64,000 bases of DNA from Octopus sinensis (lineage: Eukaryota). The notes beneath the pieces were generated by a model. That model was not told the DNA's origin. It was given only the letters and a program-made list of their open reading frames with translations, and did no database searches. Where the stretch lies: NCBI RefSeq assembly GCF_006345805.1, contig NC_043024.1:10478001-10542000 (forward strand), read 5' to 3'. Numbering within the stretch: position 1 is the first letter of the stretch; every line of letters starts with the position of its first letter. Position numbers and translations under genes: made by a program. Below are positions 22,346-35,384 of the stretch, piece by piece.

Positions 22346-25300
22346 GAATGAATCATTAACTTGACTGCATGTTCAGAATACTCCTTCTCTTGCTGAACTT
22401 TTTAAACTTATGTGACTACATATATGTGTGTGTGTGTGTGTGTGTATATATATAATATATATATATAGTTGGTAGTTACTCAGAGTTCCCGCTTGGCAAC
22501 GAGTTGGCAGCGAAAACAAAACTGGGTAGTGATGAAAAAAACAAACTTCTTCATCAAATATTTCGTATAGAAACGCAAATGTCTGTGTATGTGTGAGCTA
22601 ATTTATGCATTGTTAATAATAATATTAGTTGTATTAATTTAAAATGTAATTAATTACGATTTATTACTACAGTCGGAATAAATTGACATGGAGCATCTAA
22701 GCTTTTGTTATGCCATTCCTTGTTCTCTGAAAACTTTAGGCATTTATCTGGGTTTAAGGAAGGATTGTAAGAAATATATGCATGTCTGTATACATACAGA
22801 CACTCCCTGTGTTTGACTTGAGGCCCTTTGACATTTTAGCAAGTGCCCCATTATATATGTGTGTGTATAAAAATACATATACACACATATATATATATGT
22901 GTGTATGTGGCTGTATCTGTGTGTGTGTGTGTGGATTTCATTGTCAGTTGATTTGGAATCCAGTTAATCTTTTTCAAATGATTAATGAATGAAAATTTAT
23001 ATTCATTTATAGTTTAGAGTATTTAATCTCTCCTATTGAGTGAATAATTCAGAGCTGGTTGACCTGTCTTCTTCTCTCTGCCAACTACAATTTCAAAAAC
23101 CTTTCTCTTTATTCCTCTCATCACCTCCATCATAAAACCAGCACATCTGTCTAGGTTCTCGAATTCATTTTCCTTCACTCAACTTCTCATGTTCTCTCAT
23201 TCTACATCATGTATGTAATGGATAATAAATGAATATATTCTTCCTCCACTGACAGTTAACAATTGTTGTTTTAAACCATGCGAAACCCTAAAAGAAAGAA
23301 TAAATATTTCAAGAGAGATGGGAGACATCAGAAAGATTTCAATAATTTTCATGTTTGAAATCTAAATATTTAATGTCTTACATAAATTTTATCCGGTTAT
23401 ATACGAATTAATTGAATCTTACAATAATGAATGATAAATGGGGGGGATGTCGAGAGAAATGATAAATTGACATAGAATTGTGTAAAAGATGTTAGCTTTA
23501 TCCTTTTTTTTTTGTACCCTTATTCTTCCTCCATTATTTGTAAGATAATTTAAAACATCTTTTAAATATTTGATGACAGTCTTGAAATAAATGTCATATA
23601 GAAAGAACTTTATTAATTTAATATTTGGAAAATAATTCTTTCTCTTATCTAACAGCATTTGAAATTTTTTCCAATCATCAGAATTATAAATACAAGTGCT
23701 TGAGTAATAAAAGCTATTCACAAATAGTCTGATGTCATCCCCCCCCATTTTTTTTTTTCTTTTTAAATTACTATGATTATATATGTATATAATTGTTTCA
23801 GGATGAAGTCATGACTGGATTATATTAATTAATCTTTAATATATTTATCTATTTCCAGTTCTCTTTGAATATTGTTTTCATACTGACTGTCCTCGATATA
23901 GAAATCTAGTTGCTAGCTAGTTCGCCATCATCTTAACAGCTTTCTTCTACCAACATGGCCGTTCACAGCAGCATCCCAGCCAAACTCAACCGGCCGGTCT
24001 CTAGTTGTCTCTGCCGCTCTTTCTCAGCCATTTACTTGCTATAGCTGCTTGCTGCCCCGTTTACCCTAGTCTCTTTCTTTCACCACATAATATATTTATT
24101 TCTCCGTCTATTAGATTGTCTGTTAACCGTTAGTAAAGTGATCATTTTATGAATAAACGTCTCTAGTTTTGTTTAAATTAACAAAGAAAAAGTTTAAAGC
24201 TTTAGTGAATAAATTATGATTTAATTCTTTGAACATGTAATTGTAAACTTTTTATATTCAATCTCTTCAAAGCCCCCAAAGACTTGTCAGTTAGTTTTAA
24301 TTGATAAGATACGACTGAAATCAGTCATATCTTAAAAATTTAAGATATGACTGATTTTTGAAAACCTGACATGGTGGATTTTCCGAATTGCTTTAAAATT
24401 GACTGAGAACATATTTTTAACTCTTTGCATGTAGATTTTTATCAGGGGAGGAAAAAAATAAAATACCGGAAAGTGGGGCAGATGGAATAACTGCAACGAA
24501 GTCGTATTATTTCTGTTTATCCCCTTCCATTTTTATTTTACAGCTAGCTACCCCCTTCCTCCCTTCATGTGGGTTTTCTTATTCTCTTCCATGTTATTTA
24601 AGGGTTTAATGGGAAACTGAACTAGAATTACTGTTGAACATTTAAAACAGAAAAAAACCCCAAGAAACGTTATTCTGACAGTTTAATAAAATGACTAATG
24701 CTGTTAAAACACGACCTATTAAACATTGCCGAATATTTATTCATTATATTCGTCGGTCTCTTTTCCTCCAAATAAATACAATAGAGAAACTGTTAAGTCT
24801 AGCTAGGCAGCGCCATAATGGGCGTCATATTTTCCACTTTGGAGTAATAAACTCACCAAGCCAGCCTGAAAGTGCTTTAAGCTGCAGATGCTGGTTTCTC
24901 TATTTTCCCTTGTCTTTTTAGTTTGTTACTTTACATTAAAACTTAAAATTGTCTTCAGAGATAACAGATTTACAATTAATTAGTGCTGTCTGTCTTTCTC
25001 CCTTCCTCCACCATCACTTTTACCACCAAAAAATTTTAAGAGACGGTGACTGATTTATTTTTTTTTAATCTGGGTTTTGGTGTGTGCAGGTAAAAAAAAT
25101 AGAGAAAAAGCTATCATTCTCCCGTCTCTCCTTTAAAACTGTAAGGCAGTCACGCCGCCCGTCACTGATATATCATCAGTAGGGGCCATGGCCATTTTCT
25201 CTCCTTCCTCATCACCCCTCCTACCGCGCCATCTCTGACAGACAGCAGCCATTTCTTCTTTTATATCTTTTGCAAACCGAGTTTTGAAAATAAATACCCA

Positions 25301-27039
25301 CAGCTGCTAAAAATAAAAAGAAAAGACAGTTTTTTTTGAGAGAGAAAGCCTTACAATAAACGTTTTTAGTGGCAGACTACTGCCATGTCCATTCATATTC
25401 AGATGTCATATCAAATTTAATCAAGAAATAACATGGTTTTTGTTTTTTGGTTTTATTTCTTCCTACAAGAAACAAAAGCTTTGGTTAAATATATAACAGC
25501 ATAATATATTGATGGATATATATTTTTCCTACAAAAAATTATCATGTAGAGGTATAGATTAAGGAAAATACTAGCAAATAGTTGGAATTCATTATATCCA
25601 CTGTGTGTGTCGGCCGCAAATTGTCCATTTTCTCTTTCCAGTTACTACAAAGCAATATGGATTTCGGAAGAGAGATATTGCGTAGTTTCTTGGAAATGCT
25701 TGGAACTGCCAACTATATATTCTCATCTTCTATTCATAATTCATATTCTTTGTATATTCTTCGAAATATTTATTGGGATATGTTTCCTGTCTTTATTTAA
25801 TCTGTTAAAACAAACCATTATTGTCAATTTGAGGAATTTTTTTTTCCTTTCCATCTTTTGTCTGGATTTAAATAAAATTGGAAATATTTTGTATTTGAAA
25901 AACATTTTGCTTGTTACCCTGATCCTTTTTGAAAATATATTCTTTTACTATATAAGGCCCCCGGATTTTTTTCCTTTTTATTTATTTATTCAACACAGTA
26001 TAATAACTATCGATTATATTGACCCATGTCTACCTCCACTCGGAATCGAACTCGTGAACGCAGTATGTGATACAGAATTTGCGAAATAAATTATTATAGC
26101 CAGCCTCTACATAAAACCTACATCGGTTAGTCTTTGTGCTTTGTTATTAAGATATATAAGCTTTTACAGTCTGTGACACTGATGCAGGTTCGAACCTTGT
26201 TCCCGCAGTTTTATAGCAGCCTTCTTGCAAGAGTCGCTCGACCTGCTAGAAATAGCTACCATGTTAGAAAAGGGCCAAAATGAATGTGGTCCTGGGCGCA
26301 TTGTTTAAAGTAAAAAAAGATGGGATGGTCAGAATTGGCACGTCTTTAATTACGTGCCCCTACATAAAAAGTATGACATGTAAGGTGCAGGTATGGTTGT
26401 GGTTTGCTTTGTAGCTGCATAGACTCGGGTTCGATCCCGCTGCGTAGCACCTTCGGCAAGTGCTTGTTCTACTCTATCCCCGAACCGCCCAGTGCCTTTT
26501 GAGTGAATTTGATAGACGGAAACTATGGAGAAGCCCGCCGTGTATAATGTCTTTGTGTTTGTCCCTCCCCTACTACTTGGCAACCAGTGTTGGTTTGTTT
26601 ACGTCCCCGTAACTTAGAGATTTGGCAAAACATGATATAATTAGTACCAGACTGTCGGTTCTTAGGATTAGAAATCCTTCAGTGCTGCTACAGTATGGCC
26701 GTAATCAAATGAACTGAAACACGTGAAATAGGCGTGGCTGTGTGGTAAGCAGCTTGCTTCCCAACCAGATTGTTCCGGGTTCACTCCCACACATCTTGGG
26801 CGAGTGTCTTCTATAGCCTCGGGCCGACCAAAACCTTGTTAGTGGATATGGTTGACGGAAACTGAAAGAAGCCCGTCGTGTCTGTGCCTGTGTTGGTATG
26901 TTTACGTCCCCCGTAACTTAGCGGTTCGGCGAAAGACACCGATAAAATAAGTACGAGGGATCATGTCATTCGATCAAGAATTCTTCAAGGCGGTGCCCCA
27001 GCATGGCCGCAGTTTAATAACTGAAACAAGTAAAAGATA

Positions 27040-27800
27040 TTGTCCTGTATTTGTCTGCGACTGTTGTAACCAGACTTTGGCCGAACTCGACTCGTCTGTT
27101 GGGCAGGAAGAACTCCTTTTCCGGAATTGCGACGTTTCGAAATGAAGGGTTGGAACGTCAAAATGGTGGACCAGGACTGTCCGTTCGACTGGAAGAATCC
27201 TACCTTCGAAATTGTACGGCATCTCTTAGCAACAGCATCGGTTAAATTTTCTCATCCACGCCCTCCTCCCGGCCATTTTTTTCCTCTGCTGTAGTTCTGT
27301 AGTTTTTATGCTTCGTAGAAGTAAAATCGGTCTTTGTCTACCTACAACTGGGAGTTGTCAAGTACCTTTAATGACGGCTTCCAACTTTGGGGCAAGACTA
27401 TAACGAAAATGGTGTTGCCAGTTAAACTCCCATGGGTGGTAAAGAATACGCAGGCCACCCGCTTTCGGTTTAAGAAAAACCCTAACCCCCAAAACCGCGT
27501 GTGCGTATTCTTTACCTTAGCTTAAACTCCCCGGGGAACCTAGTACTCATGTCAGTCATGGGGGACCTAGTACTCATGTCAGTCACGGGCAACCTGCAGC
27601 TCGCGTGAGTTCCTGAATGGCAAGCTTAACTAAAAAAAATTGCCTTAGAATTGTGGCCCGCCTGATGATAGGGGCATTCCTTCGGTACTGGTACATGACG
27701 TCATTCACCCACGCAACATTCCTTCATGACATAGAGATACTCGGCTGCAAAAGAATGAATGACATCGCTGTCTCATACCGACACTCTGTAGACCAGTAGC
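27040..27800. promoter_or_regulatory. CpG-rich unique island, candidate promoter or first-exon region
   Basis: High CpG density against an AT-rich background; GC-box-like ccacgccctcctcccgg (~27256-27272); RFX X-box-like atctcttagcaac (27221-27233); CRE TGACGTCA near 27695. Confidence 0.45.
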
Positions 27801-29477
27801 GAAAGATCGCCGAGATCTGTCTCTTTGCGGCCCGCTTGCAGTCGCTCGACTTGGCTAGAAACTACCAAATTTGTCCCAATTTATAAAAAAAGGAACACAT
27901 TGGACAATGATTCCTAGATATATATGTCCAGAAAAGGGAAAAGACGAAGTGGTCGTTGGCTAGAGTCTTCGATCAGAAGATTATATCATGGCTGACCTGG
28001 GACTGAACCTTACTCGTCAGTTTTATCGAAACGATAGGTCGGGTGTGAAAATAGTGGCTGTGTGGTAAGAAGTTTGGGTCCCAACCACATGGTTCTCGGT
28101 TCAGTCCCACTTCGTGGCGACTTGGACTGTCTTCATATTTCCTCGGGTTGACTAAAATCTTGAGTAGATTTGGTAGACGGAAACTGAAAGAAGCCCGTCG
28201 TGTGTAATATATGCGTGTTTACGTCCCTGTAACTTAGCTGTTCGGCACAAGAAACTGATAGAATAAGTACCTGGCTAAAAAATAAATGAATATTCGAATT
28301 CCTCAATGTGGTGGCCCAGCATGGCTGCAGTTTAATGAATGAAACAAGGTTTGAACTCATAAACTTGTGGGACAACCGAAAATTAGTCAAGTGTGGGATG
28401 TGTTTAACTAAAATCTCATTGCAGTTAAATATTGTTTTTGGAAATGACAATAAGAACTGGAATTTTTTTTAGCGCAAGCGAATGCCAAGACCCAGTGTTC
28501 GGCCACGGGTTTATTGACAGCCGCAATTATTTCTTCTAGAAGCACGACTGTAAGTTTCTGTGGGTGTGGCACTTTACATGACTGACCGACTCGAGTTTGT
28601 TGTATGGCGAGGGATAATCTGTAGAATTGTTCTATATTTTTTAATCATTTTAAAGTTAATACAAATAAAAGCAGTGAGCTGGCAGAAACGTTAACACGCC
28701 GGACAAAATGCTTAGCGACATTTCGTCCGTCTTTGTTCCGAGTTTCCCCTGAAACAGCTGGCCTTCTGCCAAAATTTAAGCCAATATTCTTAGCTGGCAG
28801 AATTGTTAGCACGCCGGGCAAAAATGCTTTGTAGCATTTGACCGTCTTTATGTCCCGAGTTCAAATTCCGCCGATGTCGACTTTGCCTTACATCCTTTCA
28901 GGGTCGATAAAATAAGTACCAGTTAAGCACTGGGGTCGATGTAATCGAATTAAACCCCTTTCTCCAAAATTGCCGGCCTTGTCCCAAAATTTAAACCAAT
29001 AAAGTATCAGTTGTGTACTGGGGGGGTCGATGTAATCAATCTACTTCTTCCTTCTTCCTGAAATTGCTGGCCTCGTGCCAGAATTAAAAGCAGCTCCAAC
29101 TTTCCAGGCATTGATGGTCCAGAACCTCTCCTAATTCCTACGATTACAAGCAGGAACTTGAAATTCCCGCGGCCACCAGATAAATCCAGTGCAATATTAA
29201 ACCTGTATCCTAAATTTACAAATACCTGAATTTCATAATTTAGTATTTAAATTAGTGAACCGTTGCTGGTTCGAAAAATCAGTAATCCGGAATGGCTTTG
29301 GAATCACAGGTTCCGAAGGATCGATGTACCTGTGATCTTTCCGTTCGCCACAAGAATATTTTAGCCTTGGGAGTTTTTTACATTTTGAACTCATGACAAA
29401 GTGGTTAGGACCCTTTCTTGTTATACACGCATGGGTAATTTGTTTAGGGATCAAATGTGTTTGCTATAGAGCCTGTG

Positions 29478-29800
29478 AAGGCGCGTGGCTTAGTGGTTAG
29501 GGCATTCGGCTCCCGATTGTAAGGTCGTGAGTTCGATTCCCGGCAACGCGTTGTGTCCTTGAGCAAGACACTTTATTCCACGTTTGTTCCAGTCCACTCA
29601 GCTGGCAAAAATGAGTTGTACCTGTATTTCAAAGGGCCAGCCTTGTCACACTCTGTGTCACACTGAATCTCCCCGAGAACTACGTTAAGGGTGCACGTGT
29701 CTGTGGAGTACTCAGCCACTTACACGTTAATTTCACGAGCAGGCTGTTCCGTTGATTGTATCAGCTGGGACCCTCGTCGTAACCGACGGAGTACTCCTAT
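29478..29800 (+). mobile_element. tRNA-headed SINE of a further type
   Basis: gaaggcgcgtggcttagtggttagg...gagttcgattcccgg, then ttgtgtccttgagcaagacac and a non-tRNA body. Confidence 0.75.
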
Positions 29801-30816
29801 ATGGCATGTACAGGTGGCACGGGATACCACAGGTCAGTGATCGCAGAGCGACGGTGAAATGAAGTGTATTGCTCAAGAACATAACCCACCGTTTGGTCTG
29901 AGAATCGAAGCCATGATCTTAGAATTGGTCAAGCCATGACACTTCATTTGAAGAAGCCTGGCCGGTTACCGGTACCAGCCGATTAATTCGCCACAGTATT
30001 TGGTACTTAGCGACGAGGAGGGGAAAGCATAGGGTAATAATATCTCCAGGAAGGGGTTTAGTCGGTTAAGATCGACTCCTAACGGTCTGAGTTCAAATTC
30101 CGACGGGGTCACCTTTACTTTTTATCCTTTCGGGGGCCACCTCGTTGTACATGAGTGGAACTGTATTTTATCGACATTGGCAGAATTTGACCATAATTGC
30201 TATTATTATTACTAATACTACTGATTAATATCGAGTCTTGGATTGCTTCTGGTTTTAAACCATTATTAAGCGATTGAGCAATTCTAGGAAACCGACAGGA
30301 CGAACCACTTAGCGGTCGCCCGACTTGCTAGAAATCGCAGCAAAATCTTACCTTCAAATCACACTCTAGTTTTCTTTGAATGTTTAAAAAAAATATTTTT
30401 TGGAGTTACATTAAATGTAATTAGTTTACTGGTTGACAAGAGATGGTCGTGGTTGGAACACATTTCCTCATAGGCTGTGTGTAATAAATATGTATGTAAT
30501 TTATCCAATCTCATCGTTTGACAACCGGTGTTACTTTATTTACATCCCCATAATGTAGCGGTTCGGCAAACTTAGCCGATAAAGCACTGGGGTCGATTTG
30601 TTCTGCCAGACCCTTCATAGCGGTGCTCCAGCTTGGTCGAATGCATGTCCGTTGCTATTTGGATTTCACTACTAACCATGGAAGTTAAATTCTCATCGTT
30701 TACTTGGCTTCGGTCATGTTGACTGCAGCCATGCTGGGGCATCGCATGGAACGGCTTTTGCTATACGATTCGACATCAGTACTTGGTCTTTTTACGGGGA
30801 CGTAAACAAACCAACG

Positions 30817-31137
30817 TGGAGGCGCAATGGCCCAGTGGTTAGGGCAGCGGACTCGCGGTCGGAGGATCGCGGTTTCGATTCCCAGACCGGGCGTTGTGTG
30901 TGTTTATTGAGTGAAAACACCTAAAGAGCTCCACGAAGCTCCGGCAGTGGGGTGGTGGCAACCCCTATTGTACTCTTTTGCCCTAACTTTCTCTCACTCT
31001 CTCTTCCTGTTTCTTAAGTAACGCTGCGATGGGCTGGCGTCCGTCCAGCTGGGGTGGGGGTCACATACGCCACGGAAACCGGGAAACCGGGTCTATGAGC
31101 CTGGCTAGGCTTGAAAAGGGGCGCATAAAAAAAGCAA
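30817..31137 (+). mobile_element. SINE type D head with an alternative tail, nested in a type-A copy
   Basis: TSD aaacaaaccaac at 30804-30815 and 31138-31149. Confidence 0.85.
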
Positions 31138-31564
31138 AAACAAACCAACACCGGTTGTGAATTGGTGGGTCACACCACCACACACTCTTAGCATTGGTCG
31201 GCCCGGGTCTATAAAAAATTCCCAACGTGCCCGCGCAGTGTAGTATTGAACTCTGAACCATGTGTTTCAGGAGCAAACTTCTAACCACCGCATATTTGTG
31301 GCTGCTTATAAGACAAGACATACCTGACACGTGTGACTTATATCGAAAATCGTAAAATTTCCTAATCTTGGCCAGAAAAAAAAGATTCCACCTAACTTTT
31401 TAATGTGTTTTTCGGTCAGCTTAACACTAAACAGCTTCACTGAATTTATTTTTACGATGCCAGACTGCTACAGTTGAAGGAATGGAGTTGGTGGAGATGG
31501 CCAACCGTCGCTGATTTCGGGTTAGACACGTGCGACTTGCAAAACTTAGGTCTTCTCAAGACAC

Positions 31565-32100
31565 TGTCTGTCTTTACGTTCTGTGTTCAAATTCCGCCGA
31601 GGTCGACTTTGCCTTTTATCCTTTCGGGGTCGATTAAATAAGTACAAGTTATGCACTGGGGTCGATATAATCGGATTTAATCCATTTCTGTCCTTGTTTG
31701 TCCCCTCTATGTTTAGCCCCTTGTGGGTAGTAAAGAAATAGGTATTTCGTCTGTCGCTACGTTCTGAGTTCAAATTCCGCCGAGGTCAACTTTTGCCTTT
31801 CGTCCTTTCGGGGTTGATTAAATAAGTACCAGTTATTCACTGGGGTCGATATTATCGGATTTAATCCCTTTGTCCTTGTTTGTCCCCTCTGTGTTTAGCC
31901 CCTTGTGGGTAGTAAAGAAATAGGGATTTCGTCTACCGTTACGTTTTGAGTTCAAATTCCGGCGAGGTCGACTTTGCCTTTCATCCTTTCATAATCAATA
32001 AATTAAATACCAGTTACGCACCGGGGTCGATGTAATCGACTTAATCCCTTTCTCTGTCCTTGTTTGTCCCCTCTGTGCTTAGCCCCTTGTGGGCAATAAA
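31565..32100 (+). mobile_element. Head-less tandem array (~3 units) of SINE type B
   Basis: Junctions aaagaaata|ggtatttcgtc (~31740) and aaagaaata|gggatttcgtc (~31922). Confidence 0.85.
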
Positions 32101-32406
32101 CAAACAAATATTTTCTACTCTTTCTCTTCGTTATTTTCTCTCTCGTTCCTTCCACCGAACTCGCGTTGGTTCTTTTATCTCTTAACTGGTTTCAGTCATT
32201 GGTCCAGAGCCATGCTGGAGCACTGCCTTGACGGCGTTTACGGTCACTTCTGTCGCACCGTTTACGTTATAAGGGCGTAAACCAACCAGCATCGGTTGTC
32301 AAGCAGTTGGACGCGCGTGCGCGCATTGGCATACGTCGTTTTTCTTCCGTTATAACAATTCCCGCTCTTTTTAAAGGAATAAATATAACGTATATTTTCA
32401 TGTGTT

Positions 32407-32441
<35 letters not shown>

Positions 32442-35384
32442 TGTTCACAAAATTTACTAATTAGAAAGTTTCACTTAATTTTCTATTACTAAACCTTGAT
32501 AACGTACTTCCACATGGTTCCGGGTTCAGTCCCACTGCGTGGCACCGTGGATAAGTGTCATATATATATATATATATATACATATATATATGTGTATGTT
32601 TGTGTTTCTGTGTTTGTCCCCCCACCACCACCATCGCTTGACAACCGATGTTGGTGTGTTTACGTCTCCGAAACTTAGCGGTTCGGCAAAAGTAACTGGT
32701 CGAATAAGTAACTAGGCTTACAAAGAATAAATCGATTTGTTCGACTGAAGGCGGTGCTCCAGCATGGCTGAATCAAACGAAAGAATGGAATTCATTCGTG
32801 AAAATCGTTCAGCCTACGGTCAGCTTGACTCAGGCAACTCGTGATCTCAGTGACGCTCCAGTTGTGACCATTCCTATATTTTAAGAATCTCCAACGTCTA
32901 TCCTTCATTCCCCCCCCCCCTTTGTCTTTTTAAAGGCGGATATGATTCAGGGAAAATTTTGGCTGCTATTTCTAGCGGGTTGAGTAATGGACGATAACAG
33001 ATAATGGCAAGCTCCAGATAATCCAAGACTTCAATGTAGTTTCAAACCCATGTGGAAGCAGTCGTATTTCATGCCACCGATGGTCTTGGGAAAGGCATGA
33101 ATGTCTCATAGTCGTCTTTTTATAACGTCTGTACTTATGGAACTTTAGAAGGGAGGGAGGACTCGTAGATTCATTGGACAGTCAAGCGAAATGTCTTTTT
33201 TGTGGCCCTAACTGTTCAGGGTTCGAATTCTGTCACGTTCATCTTCATTTTAGCCATCAAGGGTCCATAAAGCTCATCGATGTAATTAACTACCTCCATT
33301 TCACTATTAATTGGTGGCTTTGTGCCTATGTTAGAGAATTTATCAAGATCTCTTTCTACTTCATTGGACTGCACATGTGGAAGAAAATTAGTTGAACAAA
33401 TTGACCCCAGTAACAGTTTTTTTTTTTTACAGGGATGTACAAACCCCGATACAATCTATACACGATGGACTTCTTTCAGTTTAAATTTACCAAATCCACT
33501 CTCCTGGTTTTGGTTGGCCCTGGGTTATGAAGTGGAACTGAACTCAGATCTATGGGGTTGGTCCTTGCAGCCATAACTAAGAACTTTTTTTTAAATGATT
33601 TTTAAATTTCTTAAAGTCAACTTTACCTATCATTTTATCAAGGGGGTTGGCATGGGAGGGAGTAAATAAGTGCCAAACACTCTGGATTTTCAGTTGCTCC
33701 CCCTCCCAACTAAAATAACTCGCCGTCCTCACACAGTTCACCTAGGAATACATTTAGCATGGGCTTTACATAGACAATAGGGCAAGTTGAAGATTTGGCT
33801 GCTGTTTCTAGCAGGCCAACTGACCTCATAGAGGCTGGCTCCCTTATTGGCATGTGTGAGATAAAATGACCCGGAAGATAAACTAGTGAATGATCTGTTC
33901 ATCAGTTGCTGGTTCAAGCCTGTTGCAAGGTCCCTTTTTTTTTTTTTTTTTTTAAGAGCCAAACTCTTCGGGCAGAACATTTAGTATCAACTCCATTATT
34001 GTACTTCATCTGGCTGTTGTATTTGGGAACAGGGGACCGATCTGGGCACATTAAACTTGAATCTTATCTAAGATGAGGACATTAGCTGCTCTTTGAAAAT
34101 TGAACACTAGTTTCTTAGAATTCAGTAGGATAGCCACCATGTGGTTGTTGGTGCTAGAAATAGCAACCACGTTGTTGCCAGTGCTGCTGGACGGCTCCCA
34201 TGCAGGTAGCACACAAACACCTTTTGAGTGTGGTCGTTGCCAGAACCACCTGACTGGCCCTCGTGCCGATGGCATGTAAAGAGCACCCACTATACTCTCG
34301 GAGTGGTTGGCATTAGGAAGGACATCAAGCTGTAGAAACTCTGCCAGATCAAGATTAGAGTCTGGTGCAGCCTTCTGGTTCACCAGTCCTCAGTCAACTG
34401 TACAACCCATGGAAAGCGGATGTTAAACGATGATGATGTCCCTTAAATCATAAAAAAAAAATGAAGTTACCTTTTGTGAGTCATGCCATTTCATAAGTTT
34501 CATGGCGTATAGATTCTTCACCTGGATGGGACACCTGTCTGTTGCTAGGTTACTCGTTTTTGTCACCTGAGTGGACTAGAGTAACATGAAATGAAATGTT
34601 TTGCTCAGGAACACAACACATTGCCTGGTCCAAGAATCGAAACCACAATCTTTAGGATCACAACCACTAAGTCACATGTCTCCCTTAAATCATACTCTAT
34701 CCTAAAAAATAACCCCCCCCCCCCCCCCAAAAAAAAATTATACAAAATGGTCATGCCTTTGATGATAGGGTCTGCTTGATCAAGGCTAACTAACTTAAAG
34801 TGGGTCCCTTCGAGTCAGTTTGGAAGGGTTAATTACAGGATCACTTGTCTTTTTAATTGCTTCAGTCATTGGACTGCGGCCATGTTGGAGTACTGCCTTG
34901 AAGAAATTTTAACCAAATAAATCAACCCCAGTATTTTTTTTTAAATAAGTTTTGTAGTTATTGATTGATTTTGCTGAACTGCTAAGTTGTGAGGGGCGTA
35001 AATACACCAATTCTGGTTGTGAAGCAGTGGTGGGGACACACAGACAAAACGCACACACACCCACATTTATATATACAGTGGTCTTTATTTCTGTCTATAG
35101 TAGAAGATACTTGCCTGAAGTGCCATGCAGTGGGATTGAACCCAGAACTATGTGGTTGAGAAGTCAGTTTCTTACCATTGCCAATTTAGAATTCACTTGC
35201 CATTGTTTAGTTACACCTCTGCAGTTTCCTCACCATTTCAACGTCCACTTTCCGATGCTTGCATGGGTCAGATGGAATTTGTAAAGGTAGAGACCGTTCC
35301 TATCACTAGCCCTCACCTGTTTCCAAGCAAGCTAATAATTCCTTGTGACCAGATATGTTCTCAGAATATTGGAAAAGAGTTCAA

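Noticed and set aside
25607-26089. 160-aa ORF
   Set aside because: AT-rich, Phe/Ile/Leu-biased, no recognisable motif, and its end runs into a SINE-head remnant.
27655-27690. CTGATGA followed by a small hairpin as another hammerhead
   Set aside because: No GAAA after the stem, and no stem I or stem III.
29233-29454. 73-aa minus-strand ORF and a 9-bp hairpin at 29303-29336
   Set aside because: No homology or good splice signals; the hairpin is too short to be significant.
29478-29560. Possible tRNA gene (also the heads at 30817 and 4900-4970)
   Set aside because: A and B boxes are present but I see no convincing acceptor stem, and each continues into a SINE body.
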